Assembly: GCF_006345805.1 (NCBI RefSeq)
Contig: NC_043000.1
Coordinates: 145,266,001-145,330,000, forward strand
Source of the DNA: Octopus sinensis
Taxonomy: Eukaryota
DNA length: 64,000 nt
Direction: 5' to 3'
In this document: positions 38,881 to 52,249 of the stretch, one piece after another
Position numbering within the stretch: position 1 is the stretch's first letter
Layout of the letters: each line of letters begins with the position of its first letter
Notes under the pieces: model-generated
The model's input: only the letters and a program-made list of their open reading frames with translations
Told to the model about the DNA's origin: nothing
The model's database searches: none
Position numbers and translations under genes: made by a program

Positions 38881-40187
38881 AGAGATACACACAATTCTGC
38901 TTCATAAGAACGTTGATGAAAGAAAGATTACAAAGACAATATAATAATAACTGATAAGAAGAAAGAAAGGACATATGAGGTTGAAAAGGCAGAGAATCAA
39001 ATCCCCTGAGATTCTTGTCTATTCACTGGTATCTATTCTTCACGCAGCAATTTTCAGAAGATATAGTAATTCGACACCCTACATCTTACCATTAATAGCA
39101 TAATTAGTGATAACCGTTATCAAATCTCACTTGAGAATTTTTGCTGTTTATAATTTCTACAATTGTTGCCTATCTAATATACGCCAAAATCATCACCAAC
39201 AATGGAATCATCGTGATAGAAGTATGAAAATAAGTATAAAATAAAGTAGGAAAATAACGTAAGTAGCATCAATAATCAATACAACACAGCAAGAAATACT
39301 ACAATGTGAAAACACAAATCAACGAACACCATGCAGTTCCACCCTAAAAATTCACTGGCGTTCATATTTAAAAATTGAACACATTTATGGATTCCTGTAC
39401 GCCAATGTAAAATGCCGAGGTGATATTATTCTCTCAAATGAGTATATGAGTTCTTTTATTGTATACGGACCCTTGTAGGTTCTACCTTCTACGTTCATTC
39501 AAATACGTAGTTATTTTATTTAACTGAAATGGGTCCGTTTCATACGTTAATAAAATGCATGTGTCTTCATCTTTGAAGAAACACTTAGATTATTTAGCTT
39601 AATCTCTCATCCGACGCTACAGATACACTTTTCTTCTATTATAACTATTGCATGACTTTTTAAGCATATTCACCTTGTTTTGTTACATTTCCCTATCAGA
39701 TCTTCGCTTCCTCTCAATTTATTCCACTGGCAGCCCCAAAATTTGAAGTGCATTTCACTCTTGGTTATTTGGATTAATTATTAATGATTGGATTAATTTT
39801 TAAGAAAAGAATGTTGAACATAATTTATATATATGCACATCAGCATCCAATCGTGCATTAACGGTTATGATTCATTTACTGGATTAAGCATGACATTCAT
39901 TGCAAGTTCGGAGTATTTGTTAAATAAAAATGGCAATGATAAGGCAATGAAAATAGCAATGATATGTTTATCATTAGGTTTGTTATGAGAGCCCAGTTTT
40001 TCCAAAAAAGAAAAGAATGACAATAGCCGGGAAACACATGCTATCGTTATTGATGCTGTTATTAACACACACATACACAAACACACGCGCACACATATAA
40101 ATGCATGCATATATATCCATACATATATATGTATATATGCATATATTTCCATACATATATATCCATATATATATATATATATACATA

Positions 40188-40219
<32 letters not shown>

Positions 40220-41419
40220 CGCGTATATATATACGCTAAAATACATCTGGAATCTATTTTTATGCTTAATAAAGAATGTTCCTCTCCTACGTAATAAAAA
40301 TAAGTGATGCAATGCCATTCAAGTCGTATATATCATAATAAATCTAATTATGCAGAGACAAAAGTTTTCTGCAAACAATTCGCATCCATACAGACATAAC
40401 AACAATCTCCCAGACCTAAGAGAAATAAAATTCTTATTACAAAAGTTATAATTGACCGATACGATATCTCTTAATTTCTTAGTTTCAGATGAAGAAATAT
40501 TACTTCCAAGTGTCAAATTTACTTATCCGATTAGTGCAAAGCTTTCATGTAAAATAACAGTATAACATTAAACAACGTCTTCCATCTGTATACAGTTGAT
40601 CTCAATAAGCGGATAGATTCAGGTGAATAATTTCAAATGTGGAAAGAATTATTATGTAAAAGCATAAATCACATTAAAGAAAACTCTGTAGATTTGCCTT
40701 GCTAAAGAGAATTCAAAAGGTTAGTTACAAGAATTCATCATACAATTAGTACTGATGCATTATGTAATAATACGATCAGTGGCCTTTTAAATATTGTAAT
40801 TGGGAGTGCTGATCTTTGATTCAGTCAATGTCAAGGGACATCGTGCCTTCCGGATTTTAAAGTTACCATACGAATTGCCTTATGGAAATCCATCAATAGC
40901 TTTGTTTTGTACTAGCTTCCATTCTCGCTTTCTAAATTGATTTTAATCGTTGTGATGTCTAGCTTTGTAGCAGGCCGTCTTATTTGATATATCACTCGAC
41001 ATTCCTATACAAAGCATTATACTATACAGCTGTTCTGCACAAATAATTTTAACTCAACATTGATATTGGAAATATTAATATTTTTATTAAGCTAGCTGAA
41101 CTCCTGGTTTAATGCACAACAAATATGAGTGAAACCATATCTTGTAATCGAAATTATTCTTTTCAACATCCTTTGCTTGGATTGCGCTGGTCTACCTTCT
41201 TCATGTTCTTAGAATATTTTTACGAATAAAGTTTTAACTGGAAGATATTTTCCTGCTCTGCAAACGTGTAAATTTAGAACACATATGTGCATAGGTGAGC
41301 GTATATGTATCTATGTGTGTATGTTTTTTGTGCGTATATCTCTGTGTGCCATATATTCTACTCCTATATTCCCGAAAGTCTTCCTTTTCTTTATCACTAA
41401 AGACATCTACCTTAATCTT

Positions 41420-41640
41420 TGCCAATAGCGTGACTCAAGAAAGTAAAAAATCTCTTATGCTGCCAATCACAGTCCTTTAGCAATGACTTCCAAAATCATA
41501 AAACTAATAGTGGCAGCCATTAGCAATGATATTCTCCATCAGACAATTTAACCGATTTTCCTATATGACAGTATAGCGTTTTCGTAGAAATAGAATCATT
41601 GAATCTCTCTAACGTTGTGCAAGCTCTTTTAATTTCAGGG
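41420..41640 (+). mobile_element. Possible decayed CR1/L2 RT fragment
   Basis: SPLAMTSKIIKLIV..DSIAF weakly resembles RPISL.S..SK..E.II..QYGFR. Confidence 0.28.
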
Positions 41641-44132
41641 AGTATTACTTATTGTTATGATACAATGCACATGAGTTAAAAATATATTGTTTTCAAAAAT
41701 ACTTTATCCGTTATATTTCCTTCATATTTATTTATTTAATTCCTATAAAGGATTTTCTCGGTGTCATATGTTTTGCATTTTTTAATATTAATTTATTTAT
41801 TCCAGCTGTCTGTGCGTTTTCTTATTAAAGAACAAAGATCGTAAACTGAAAACTCTATTTCTATCTTGCCAGTTACTATTGTGAATATATGTACGTTTGT
41901 GACAGAGGATAATATATATAATATATATATTTTTTTGATATTCAATGAAATATATATTAACTGATGGTATAATTAATTTTGTTTCTTTAAATTTTGGTTA
42001 TCAATATATTACAGAGATACAAATTCACTTACAAATTCCGAGTTCGTTGTAAATATGACAAAAGGAAATATAATATTGATTGAGCCATGTTTTTTAAATA
42101 TATTTACTTGTGTAAATATCTCATGTAAATGATCTTATATTGGTTATCGTAGATGTACTTCTTTTCTACGTACAATGCATAACAGTGTGGACTGCTTTCA
42201 AATCGATGTAACGTTACCTGCTGCTATAACAATTATTGAAGTATTTTACAAAAAAGTTTGTCACAAGATGTCGATAATTTCATTTCCTTTCATAACATTT
42301 TTGTTTTCATTTCTAAATTCCATCGGCATAGATCTTCAATATTTCATCTCGCTACTTCCCAATTTTATAATCTCTAAACGTCTGTAAGAGTATAATTCAG
42401 AAAATACCTGGATTTTGATACACATATATCTGATTAAGTATCAGAAATACTTCTAAAACTATGCTTCTTGTGCACTATATAATGTGATTCGTTCGCTCAT
42501 GAATTTAACATTATACCAGATTAATACTTCTGAAAACGAATTATTGGCTGCTAATATTAATTATGTTCTTTGATGTAAATATTTAAAGTATTCAGAAAAT
42601 CTGCATAAGATTATGACAATCTGAAAGACAATTAAATTTCAATTTAAATTTGAATTTCATAGAATTACCATATTTTGTATGGTGAATGTTTGTGACATTC
42701 ATTCACCATACAGTCACAAATTTTGAAACATATGCACCCTATAGGATTTTTCCGTTTATTGGATTAATGACCAATGTTTTGGTGATTATCAATTTATTGT
42801 ATTGCAAACTATTTTCAAGCTTATAGCAGTAGAATCATATTATATGTATTTTGTTATATACAGTACCATGTGTTATATATTTATTCAATTTGTGCTCCAT
42901 ATTTATCCAAGATAGCAGCTATACATTTGAAGCGTCGACTAGCAATTGATGAATAAAGTATATTATTGTTATGATCAATTGCCAGAACATATATGGAAAT
43001 GTTTAAAAGCATACCTATACGAACTGAAATAATGCGCCAATTCTTATTTGAAACTATATGTAGAATAAAAAAATAACTACATCTCTTTATGGAAATGCAA
43101 TTTTACATAATGTTATTTGTTAATCTAATACTGAAAAACGTGATTTTAAATCTGATTAGATATACATACCAATCCACGTGTATTTAGACATTCATATATA
43201 GATTCCTGTTTTGTATTCGATTTCATATGAAAATATTTATGTAAATGCAGCTCTCATGTTTTCATAACTAAGAAAATAAAACCTATCCTCTCTGATAAAT
43301 ACACATAATACGTATATGGAAGGAAATACTTTGGAATTTTTGTGAAACAATTCTCATGTATTGTAAACCTGCAAACAAAGGTAATACTAGATAAACATAT
43401 GCTAGAATTATTGATTAGTGTACAAATCCAGGTTAGATATATGTCAAGATAGATCTGGATGAATAGAGTAACAACTATCACGCACTGAAAATTTTGTGTT
43501 ATGAAGAATAGCATTTTCAACTTAAACAAACGTATTTATTCAATTCCAACCCAGAATATTTTCACTATTTTCTAGTTTAAGCCATGCAGATAGACTGGAA
43601 GGAGTATATGGGCGTAGTTTCATTATTTAAGAGATGTCGCAATCTAAGAGAATTCTGACTGCTTGCACTCGTATAACGAGCAAATATTAAAGGCTACTTC
43701 GTTTGCTATGCTACCTTTGACATTTTGGATATTAGATATTCTCCGATAGCAATTTTACCACGAATATTTTGTAGCAGGGTACATTTAGAGGAACAATCTT
43801 CATGGTAAGCATTCAAGCCGGATACTGATTTTAGGGCAACATCCCACCTCCTGTTTACCCTAGTTTCGGCGTACTGCGAAGTCATGGTATGAAAACTAGT
43901 AAAATTTCTTACGGATTGTCAGGTATGACAATGTTACAAATTGGATACCTCTTTCTGATTAATATGAATCCAGGCCTGAAAATAATATTTGGATCATGAA
44001 AGTTCACAACAATTATCCAGTTATCTCATACTTCTCTACAAAAGATTAAGCTTTTCGTTTACTTTTCTAGGTCAACAAAAATGTAGAGAATGCAGCGTAT
44101 ATTGATCGCTGTATCGATATCTCATCTATATA

Positions 44133-44324
44133 AGACGGTGAGGTGGCAGAAAAATTAGCACGTTGGGTGAAATGCTTAGCGGTCAAATTCCACCGAGGCT
44201 GACTTTGCCATTCCTCCTTTCGGCGTTGTAAATTAAGTACCAGTTGCATACTGGGTCGATCTGATCAACTTCCCCCCCCCCCACACCCCAAACATTCCTG
44301 GCCTTGTGCCTAGAGTAGAAAAGA
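44133..44324 (+). mobile_element. tRNA-derived SINE, second family, with 16 bp TSD
   Basis: ATATCTCATCTATATA at 44117-44132 and 44325-44340; central AAATTCCACCGAGG..CTTTGCC..CCTTTCGG..AATTAAGTACCAG. Confidence 0.88.
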
Positions 44325-45479
44325 ATATCTCATCTATATATTCAGTTAATCTTAGCTTAAACTAACAGTTTATTAACCTATTTTAGAAACTGGATCAGTG
44401 GTATATATGAATATAAATATCATTAGCGACAATCACTGAGTATTTTTAAGCATACTGTAACTGTGTATCAAATATATCATTCTCCTATTAATTGTTTTAT
44501 GTATCTTTAGATTCCATGATTCTGAGCTCGTTACGATGTTCTATGTGTTAGGTATTATCGCTACGGAAGAGTCTTACTTCAACGAAGAGTGAATGTTTTT
44601 GCGTTTTATAAGTTTGTTCATTAGGCCAATGCCCGAGCAGAAATTATGCTCCTAAGAAGTTAGGCGTGCAACACACTCAATTTTTTTCCTCTACAAAGAG
44701 GACGTTTTTAACATCAGAAAGCATTACGTTTACGTTCGTACCAGAAGGCGTTCCTTTCCTGTAGATCACTTGTTATCATTTCATTAAAACATTTTTTGAA
44801 GGAGATATAGGATATAACTGTCTGGCTCCATCCCTTTATATAAGTTCAAAGCTCGCAAGTGTCCACTGATTTATAGTTCAGTAGTGGAGGAATAAAATGC
44901 ATCACAAGTAATCTGTTTAATTTAATAAATTCTTTCACACTGCAGAACCAGAGTTATGGCGCTTTTGTTAGAAAGATGCTATTATTTCTGTATCAAGTAT
45001 TTCCTGAAAAATAAACATTAATTTCACATTAATGAGTAATAATATCACTTCATTATATGATGATAAAAAAGAAATTACACTCATTTTAATCGCTAATATA
45101 ATGATAAAATTTTAATTATAAACAAAGAATATCAATGAATCTAGTCATTTCCCACAATTGAATCGCTGCAAGCTACAATATCACTTTACACATCTAGGAT
45201 AAAATATTTTAAAATTCTTTAAAAAGCACCATTTTCTCAAATTAACTGAACATGAAAGAAGGAAACAAACGCCTAGAATAAGTGAACAAATTGTACAAAT
45301 TGAATTTTCCTTCGTTCTTGAGTCTTGTGACCTTTCGATTTCAATGATTCCTAACTATTTGTATGTCTGTGCTTGATCTAATCCACTCTATTCTTTTTCT
45401 TTATCTAGCATTTTATCAATATTATTTATTCGCTATGCATTTTTCTAATCCGGTGTTTATAGCAAACGATCTCTCACAA

Positions 45480-45544
<65 letters not shown>

Positions 45545-45631
45545 ACAAACAGATAGACAGACAAGGAAACAGTCAGATAAACAGCTAAGCATATAAACAG
45601 ATAAACAGATAGATTGATACATAAATAGATG

Positions 45632-45674
<43 letters not shown>

Positions 45675-46524
45675 TGTGATGAGTCAAATTTTTTTCGGTA
45701 TTTTGGTAATCGATTTGCTTTAATCATTAAGATGCAACAAACACAGCTTAGCATTCAAAGTACAAACCATCGTGACGTATGCTACCGTACATCGTTCAAG
45801 AGGTGGAGCACGTTTGAGTGACTTAATCTCCATTGTCCTTTATATTGTATCAAACTTTCATGCATTTATCTGTAAAGTTAAAGAAGTAATTAAAAATTTA
45901 ACCCCCTCAGTAACTTTTGGGACACACTGTAATATCTACTGAAAATATGTGTTTGTAGTATGAGTGTGGGTCAATTCTTTAGCCTTGTATATAAGAATGA
46001 ATGGCTATTTGTTGGCCTGTCAGATGATGTCTTGCATTCCTTCATCTTAACAATTACCGCCGTTGCAAATAATGTAGCATTTTGAAATAATTTAATCAGG
46101 TATTTGGCAATATATTCTATAGAAGCACATCCCATTCATTTGCCTATCTTTGAATATGCTGTTGCTGATATAGCCTAGTGTTCAGCAGCCTTTTTTCATT
46201 TGTGGTACACTTATATTCTTTTCAAAATTCGGTGGCACACGTGAATTAAATGTATAACTAAAAACTTAAGGAAAAATTATATTCAGGCCACACTGCGGTT
46301 GCGGATCAATGATATAGCCTTAATTGTAAACATACATAATTTTGAGCATATAAGTGGGGACTTATAGTGAGAGATCTTACCTGAAATTTCAGTCTCTCTC
46401 TTTCCTCTCACATTTGCTATCTGCTGCCGTATTTTAGACCGACGGAATATGAAGGTTAAGGAAGGATTGCATATTTCAACTGATTCTATGATGCATTCAT
46501 ATATATATATATATATATATATAT

Positions 46525-46695
46525 TAGGTAAGGGAGTGTCTACATGGTAAGAAGCTTGCTTCCCAGCAACATGGGTCCGAGCTCCGTCCCACACCGTGAT
46601 ACCTCGGGCAAGTGTCTTCTACCATAGCCACGGGCCGACCAAAGCCTTGTGAGTGGATTTGGTAGACGAAAACTGAAAGAAGCCCGTCGTATATA
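46525..46695 (+). mobile_element. 5' half of a 22630-type SINE between (TA)n arrays
   Basis: GGGCAAGTGTCTTCTAC..GACCAAAGCCTTGTGAGTGGATTTGGTAGACG.AAACTGAAAGAAGCCCGTCG. Confidence 0.85.
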
Positions 46696-46713
46696 TATGT
46701 ATCCATATATGCT

Positions 46714-46750
<37 letters not shown>

Positions 46751-46755
46751 ATATA

Positions 46756-46788
<33 letters not shown>

Positions 46789-46837
46789 CATACATATATA
46801 CATATATGATATAAATAATATGTATATACATGCATAC

Positions 46838-46873
<36 letters not shown>

Positions 46874-46884
46874 ACACACACACA

Positions 46885-46968
<84 letters not shown>

Positions 46969-47379
46969 ATGTATATATATACACATATATGCATATATGT
47001 GTACAGGACGTCAGAAACGGTAAACAACAAGATATACGAAAACGAATGAATTGATATGCAAACAAGGAGAGAAACAGATAAAAAACAGGACAAGTAACAT
47101 AAAAAACGACCCTTTATCAGTTGTCGGCTCTCCGTACTGAGCAGTAATAGAAAATTCAACAAAAGAAGTACTCCATCTTCTGAGAGATAAATATTATTTA
47201 TTTACAGATTACAGTACATGTATTAAAGTGCAACTAATAGTTTCATATGTTGAGAGAATTCAGATATATTCTTCAGGCGTAAACTACATAGCGGAATGAA
47301 CTAAACAAATTGAATAATAGAAGAAACATGAAAAAAATTGAGACGGCAGCATATAGAAAACACAAAGAGAAACTAAAAC

Positions 47380-48850
47380 AGAAACTAAAATGTCAAAAAT
47401 ACAAAGGAAAAGGTAAAATGGTAAAAGAGCTTACAGGGATTAATCTGCTGAGAATACACCAACACCATCGAATAATCTATACCTCAGGATATTACTTGAG
47501 AAAGTTGACGATCTCGTGAAACGGATTAGATGGAAAGCTTTATTTTTTTATTCCAGATTATCTCCCTCATATAGAGAACGGTATGATTTAAAGACACGGA
47601 AATACCCTCCTATTCTTGAAGATTTAGCCTCCCTTGAGTTTGACCTCCTTAGTTCAGTACCAATATTAAATTTCGAGACGCCCATATCTCCTTTCACACT
47701 AAAACGACATCTGAGATTGATAATTTAGAAATTCTAAACAAAAGTTCCTGTTTTCGGATAAAACTAGTAACCTATATGAAGTTACTAATGATTTATACGA
47801 TAAGCTGCTAAAAGACAACATTTCCTCTAAATATAAGAAAACAAACGTAGAGAGATACTATGATATCAATGATGAAGCTAAATCCGTCGCTAAACGTAGT
47901 AATACCGATGATAGATTAGAATGATTAGCTAAGAGAGAGGCGCTTATTACTTTAAAAGACTATAAGCCCAATTTTCATGATGATCATACCTGCAAATTGT
48001 TAAACCCTGCGAAAGCTGAAACTGGATTTGTTGCTAAAAAACAAACAAAAAATACTTAGAAATATTAATATTAGAATTAAGAAAATTTCTGGCCTTCAAC
48101 AATGGAATAACAGTTTCATTGGAATAGATTAGTTTAAGAATATCAAGTATAAGAATAAAGCTAAATTTCCCTAATCTGATATTAAAGACTTTTATACCAC
48201 TACTAGCAGTATCGCCCGGCGTTGCTCGGATTTGTAAGGGAAATAACTATATAGGCATTTTTAGAGAGTTACTCCCCTTATATAAACCGAACAAAAATCA
48301 TTAAAAATGCGGAAAAATTATGGTAATTTTTTTTAAATCGTAGACTCACCGTAGACGCGCGCTAATACCCAGAAGAGCTCGATATGAATCACGACTATAA
48401 GATACCCGCTTTTGGTTAAACTGCACCGCAAAATGTGGGAGTAGTTAGGAATCTAAATCGGAGTAGACAGACACACACACAACTTTAGTTTTATTATAAA
48501 GATATCCAGATTGCTGCTTAATAAAGCTATTGAAATTGCTAAATCATATGTTGATATGGACCCTATAGACCTAGATTTTTACAGGTATGCGAGGAAAACA
48601 ACTATTGTTCAGTAAAGGATTAGCATGGGTAAAAACATTCGCTCAGTGACAACTATTTCATGTATCTATGACTTCATATGATAGTTCTGATGTCTGTGAC
48701 CGTGTGGGTCTATTTATATTAAACACATTGAGATTTACATACCCAGCTCATTACATTGGCCAATACCGTGAGGACGGTTTGGGTGTTTCCCTTTGGTGTG
48801 ATGGTCACTCCCTTGATAGATTTAGGAAGCAACTACTTTCTACCTTTAAT
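47380..48850 (+). mobile_element. Degenerate Penelope-like element (N-terminal region + RT), interrupted by a Helitron
   Basis: LEKVDDLVKRIRWKALFF, DKTSNLYEV, ITLKDYKPNF, LLNPAKAE, DIKDFY, MTSYDSSDVCDRVGLFIL, GQYREDGLG. Confidence 0.85.
48203..48502 (-). mobile_element. 300 bp non-autonomous Helitron
   Basis: Minus strand starts TC (TCTTTATAATAAAAC) and ends with the hairpin TCCGAGCAACGCCGGG followed by CTAG. It sits between A and T with no TSD, and its removal restores the host frame DFYTTISRLLLNKAIEIAK. Confidence 0.88.
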
Positions 48851-48852
48851 CA

Positions 48853-49035
48853 CTTGGCAACCGTTGTTGTTGTGCTTATGCGCCTGTAACTTAGCCGTTC
48901 GGCAAAAGACCCCGATAGAATAAGTTCTAGGCTTACAAAGTATAATCCCTGCGGTCGATTTGTTCGATTAAAAGGTGGTGGTCGAGCACGGCTGCAGTGA
49001 AATGACTGAAACATGTAAAAAGATAAAAATAAAAG
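48853..49035 (+). mobile_element. 3' half of a 22630-type SINE
   Basis: CTTAGCCGTTCGGCAAAAG..GATAGAATAAG..GCAGTGAAATGACTGAAACA. Confidence 0.8.
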
Positions 49036-49499
49036 GAAGAATATAAGTATATGAATGTACGTATGTATGTATGCCACTTCTATGCTTTAATTATTATAAA
49101 TCTTCTACGGAGGAGGGAGCCGGTTTATGTATGTATGTATAGTATGTATGTATGTATGTATGTATGTATGTATGATGTATGTATGTATGTATGTATGAAT
49201 GTCGATATAAACGAATAAATGTGTATATGAGCACACGTGTGTTTGTGTTGTATAAAGATACTTGGCTCAGTGGAAAATTTGGGGGATCAAAACGTCATGA
49301 CTTCAGTTTTTGTACAGGCAAATTTCTGTTTCCTTGGGAGAAGGTTTATTAATTCACGTCGGCCTTGTCTACGTAGCTGAAAATTAGAGCCAACCGAATT
49401 TTAGTGCGAGCTCTCCGCTTTTGCCATATTTATGATGTTCTGTGAGATCAAGTGTGTTGCAGAATAGCTGGAGAATATATTTCGACAATGAGTACAATT

Positions 49500-51300
49500 G
49501 GTGCAATTGGTGCCTGAATCAAATAGTGAAGCTTGCTATTAGTTAGTCGTTCACATCAGCAAAGATCTACATTTCGGTTGTTAAATTTATATTCCTTTCC
49601 ACTGGCTTGATCATTTCAGAATAGAATATTCTTGTACAACACCATCACCAGTATGAGTGAAAATTTCTCTATGTAAATAAAACGTTTTGCATGCCGAATA
49701 TAATTCCATACCTTATAATTAAAGTCTAATTATTTTCGATCTGTTGTAAATGCATGATGTAATTATGCAGATTGTCTTTAGCTTCTAGTCTTATCTAATC
49801 ACTGAATATAGTTTTCGAATATAACTCCGTGGGATATGATTTTAGAAACGTTTTGTATCTTCAGGTTTAGTTATACACTCCATTCATATTTCGAATGAAT
49901 TTGATACACTGAACACGATCCACTCTAATAAAAGTTTAGTGTATAGGCTTCTGAAATCCGACCGTTTGAAAAGTATTATTTATTCCAGTCGGAACTGAGG
50001 ATATAAAAGAAAAACTGGATAGCGTTACTCCTTTGCTTGGATATAGAATCATAATATTAAATTAATCAAATTATTTATACAGGAAATTTATGCGTTTGGT
50101 TCTTCTGTGATGCTCTCGCCAGATGTGACTTCAGGAATGAAGCCATCCTCACACCAACTATTGACTCTTCCTATATTATTTAATTCCTGACGGAGTACTT
50201 TAATTTGATAACGGGGAATTACTTATTCTTTATATATGTACAAATAAGAACATGGGTAAAATTGAAAATAAAATCATAGAGATTTAAGGTATGGTATGTA
50301 TGTAATGAATAAAGGGTAAGTGAAGGTTAGTTGACCACAGTGGGACGTACAATATTGATAATATATTATAGATAATTCTTTCAGATTTTCAATATCCACT
50401 ATGTTCAGTAAATTATTTTTTTCCTATTGCTAGAAATCAAGTTAATGACCTCATCACCCTTATTCATATACCAGATATATGTACTCTTTACTATATAGCG
50501 TCACCTTAATGGAATGAAATTCTCCAGAAACGAAATTATCAATATTGCTTCTTATGATCAATACATATATATCAATAACACGGGTCAATATATAGTCTCT
50601 TGAGATTTATTGATTATCATTTTGGTGGCTGACTGTGCAGGTGATTACCCCCGTCTGCATATATTTAACATCAATAGTTTCTATCATATAAAATTTAATC
50701 TCATTTTCGGACCTGTTTGCAGAATAATTGCTTCAACTGGAAAGGTTTTATCTCAAGAGATTATTCCCAGCCAGATTAATTTCAATTCGGAGTGTTTTAT
50801 TGATAGGTTTCAAATAAAATACGGTGTTAGTTAGCAGTAAATATCGCTGTTCTATCTACTAAAGAGGTGCTGAAGTTTTATCTTTCTTTCACTAAGTATA
50901 TGTATCAATCGATGATAATAATTCCAGAGAATTCTACAGAATATTAACAGCTGTGTAACTGATCCACATGAATGCATCTACAACAATGCAGTATTGAATC
51001 ATTGAAACTTTAATAATTGAATCGTATCGCTCATTTCATTGTTTGTGTGGTCTATTTGACAAGGATTTTCGAAACCTATCCAAGTAAGTTCTGGTTCAAT
51101 TTCAAATTCACTCCAACCACTCTACCTAAAGACACCTATTGTGGTGAGGTTTTGTATTTGGAAGAAGACAAAGATGTCTTTGTTAAGGATGTAGCGTCAA
51201 GTAAATGAGCTCATATTTCTCATCCCAGTGCCAGTTGTTCTTAACTGAAGTCTCCTCACAGATATTCCAATCACCAACTTTCCAGTTATATTATATTTCA
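49500..51300 (-). mobile_element. Very decayed RTE-clade LINE (APE to RT)
   Basis: Motif remnants occur in the expected order on the minus strand: GDWN (~51295), TW..CQIDH (~51060), PSK..VGFQK (~50040-49950), GVVQE (~49640), IFADV (~49560). Confidence 0.4.
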
Positions 51301-51979
51301 GTAATATGCGATAGCATACATTATTCTGCCGTCACCGTGATCTCTATAATTTTGAACAGACATTCGCCATTAGATTCATGTGATGTACTTCCATTAGAAG
51401 CTTTCGGTAAAAATTAGTAAAATATAGAAATTTACAAATTTGTAATTATAAGGGATTACAGAACTCTAGCGCAGAAGACTCTAACTGTGACGTACTTTGT
51501 CAGAGTTTCCGTTCAGTAAATTTTTATAACAAGTCGATGATTAGTCTGACAGGGAACATTCTTTCCTAATGTACGTGGAATGCGTTTATAATGCACGTAT
51601 TGTCAAAAAGTAAAATCAAATGCTTCCAAGACAGTGACATCAACTGCGTTTATAGGCGTATGAAGATGTAATTGTCCTTCTTATTTTAGTTTATGTGCGT
51701 AGTTGCATATGCGTGCGTGTACGCGCGATTGTGTATGGGAAGAATATCAAACAGATGTCATTACATCGCTACCCACTCGTTAGGATTCAGTGCAGAAGCC
51801 ACCCAACATGATTGTTATGCTAAATAAAACTTCCAGTTACACGGTTGTGTACATGTATGTATGTATATACATATATGTGTGTGTATGAGTGTGTGAGCGT
51901 GTGTGTGTGTGAGTGTATGTGTGTGTGTATGCATGCACGTATGTATATAAAACAATGAGATGTCACTGAAAAGCCAAAT

Positions 51980-52119
51980 AAGATGTGTTGGATTCTTAGT
52001 TGAGTATCAAGATAACATCCTATAGCTTCATCAGAGCTTTGAACATGATGGGCACATCATAACTCTGATGAAGCTATATGATGTAGTCCTGGCACCCAAC
52101 TGAGAGTCCACCACATCTT
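51980..52119. other. 140 bp foldback: 57 bp arms with a perfect 16 bp inner stem
   Basis: TATAGCTTCATCAGAG (52021-52036) pairs with CTCTGATGAAGCTATA (52063-52078); the outer arms are collinear (coordinate sum 104099) and differ mostly by transitions. Confidence 0.88.
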
Positions 52120-52249
52120 TCAGCAGAAACAGCTGTAAGCTATTGCAGTTCATTACATAACATTTTGATTTTCAGGTGTCATCTCTTATGTTTTCTATTA
52201 CCATGCTATACTCATATAATATTGTGTTCCATATCATACGTATATCGAG

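Noticed and set aside
45916-45932. Tc1/mariner TIR end (TTTTGGGACACACTG-TA; similar CAGTGTGTCCAAAA near 26105)
   Set aside because: No matching partner TIR nearby and no transposase, so element boundaries cannot be defined.
46376-51090. Possible host exons (minus-strand donor CAG/GTAAGA near 46380; AG-flanked frames near 50080-50160; plus-strand donor near 51085)
   Set aside because: No consistent acceptor-donor pairs or recognisable protein; the 50-51 kb candidates lie within the decayed RTE remnant.
52063-52100. Hammerhead ribozyme at CTGATGA (also CTGACGA at 12233, CTGATGA near 20903 and minus-strand CTGATAA near 47115)
   Set aside because: No stem II followed by GAAA and NUH in register.
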